From NCBI RefSeq assembly GCF_004010195.1, contig NC_057720.1, positions 28,231,969-28,266,575 on the forward strand: a DNA stretch of 34,607 nucleotides, written 5' to 3'. The notes under the pieces were generated by a model. It saw only the letters and a program-made list of their open reading frames with translations, was not told the origin of the DNA and ran no database searches. This DNA is from Chiloscyllium plagiosum (Eukaryota). The translations under genes were made by a program, and so were the position numbers. Positions 33,963 through 34,607 of the stretch are shown piece after piece; positions within the stretch are counted from its first letter, which is position 1; each line of letters opens with the position of its first letter.

Positions 33963-34377
33963 ACACTTTACCAGTCACATAACTGAACTTAGGTTTTCTG
34001 AGCTTCACACAACCAATTCAGGGTTCTAACCAAACATCTTTGCTGTGGAAATTTCAAACTAAAATCCCTATACTGAGGTAACCTACTTTCTAACATGTTC
34101 TAAATTATTTCCTTCAGGAAAAGCTATTTCACACATTCAACCTCCACCACAACCACTGCAAACTGAAGCCAACAGGTTTCCAAGCCATAGGTTGTTCCCC
34201 TAAGCAAAAAGAAAATTCTAATGGTTCGAAATGGAAAATAAACTATTGCTCCTTGATATTTAAAGCTCTTTCAGCTTTTCCAGTGCAAACAAATTCTCAT
34301 TATCTCCAGAAAATTTCCCTCTTATACTGGTTTTAAAAAACAGTATGCCTGAAGCCATGACAACTTCTGACTATAGC

Positions 34378-34607
34378 TGGAAATGTGTTGCTGGAAAAGC
34401 GCAGCAGGTCAGGCAGCATCCAGGGAGCAGGAGAATCGACGTTTCGGGCATAAGCCCTTCTTCAGGAATGAGGAAAGTGTGTCCAGCAGGCTAAGATAAA
34501 AGGTAGGGAGGAGGGACTTGGGGGAGGGGCGTCGGAAATGTGATAGGTGGAAAGAGGTCAAGGTGAGGGTGATAGGTCAGACGGGGGTGGGGGCGGAGAG
34601 GTCGGGA
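34378..34607 (-). mobile_element. Penelope-like element terminus (young family), continues beyond the window
   Basis: The first 90 bp are near-identical to 16149-16238, followed by the G-rich (C-rich on the minus strand) pseudo-LTR body. Confidence 0.8.
34436..34467 (-). ncRNA. Minimal type I hammerhead ribozyme motif
   Basis: Minus strand UC-CUGAAGA-A-GGGC-UUAU-GCCC-GAAA-CGUC-GA. Core and stem II are perfect; stem I has only 2 contiguous base pairs. Confidence 0.7.

Noticed and set aside
13522..34607. Next ST3GAL3 exon (DNLIKAIL..-like) or other exons
   Set aside because: Candidate acceptors I checked (e.g. aactacag at about 19638, aatctcag at about 29450) do not translate to ST3GAL3-like sequence. 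I also did not find the preceding exon upstream. A spliced alignment would be needed to exclude them fully.
1..34607. CRISPR array, prokaryotic operon or defence system
   Set aside because: There are no regularly spaced direct repeats and no gene-dense organisation. The sequence is vertebrate intronic DNA.

Overview
AT-rich eukaryotic genomic DNA, almost certainly from a cartilaginous fish (shark). This is inferred from HE1-type V-SINEs and HER1-type CR1 LINEs. The only host-gene sequence I can support is one 95-nt internal coding exon of the sialyltransferase ST3GAL3 on the + strand (13427-13521, FSKPAPMFLDNTYRRWSKLKDFVPPFGIKGQ, canonical AG/GT). The rest of the window is therefore probably intronic. 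It is densely filled with decayed, often nested retroelements (CR1/HER1, L2, RTE, Rex1/Babar, Penelope-like, three SINE families) and one Tigger/pogo-like MITE. Most ORFs in the track are TE fragments or spurious. The two most interesting signals are: (1) minimal type I hammerhead ribozyme cores in Penelope-derived termini, one on the ST3GAL3 sense strand inside a long inverted repeat; (2) a single-ORF APE-RT LINE whose 5' end is a tRNA-like SINE head, with several SINE copies that look like its internal-deletion derivatives. TE boundaries were read by eye and are approximate (about +/-10-30 bp unless junctions are quoted). Family names come from recognised motifs, not database searches.
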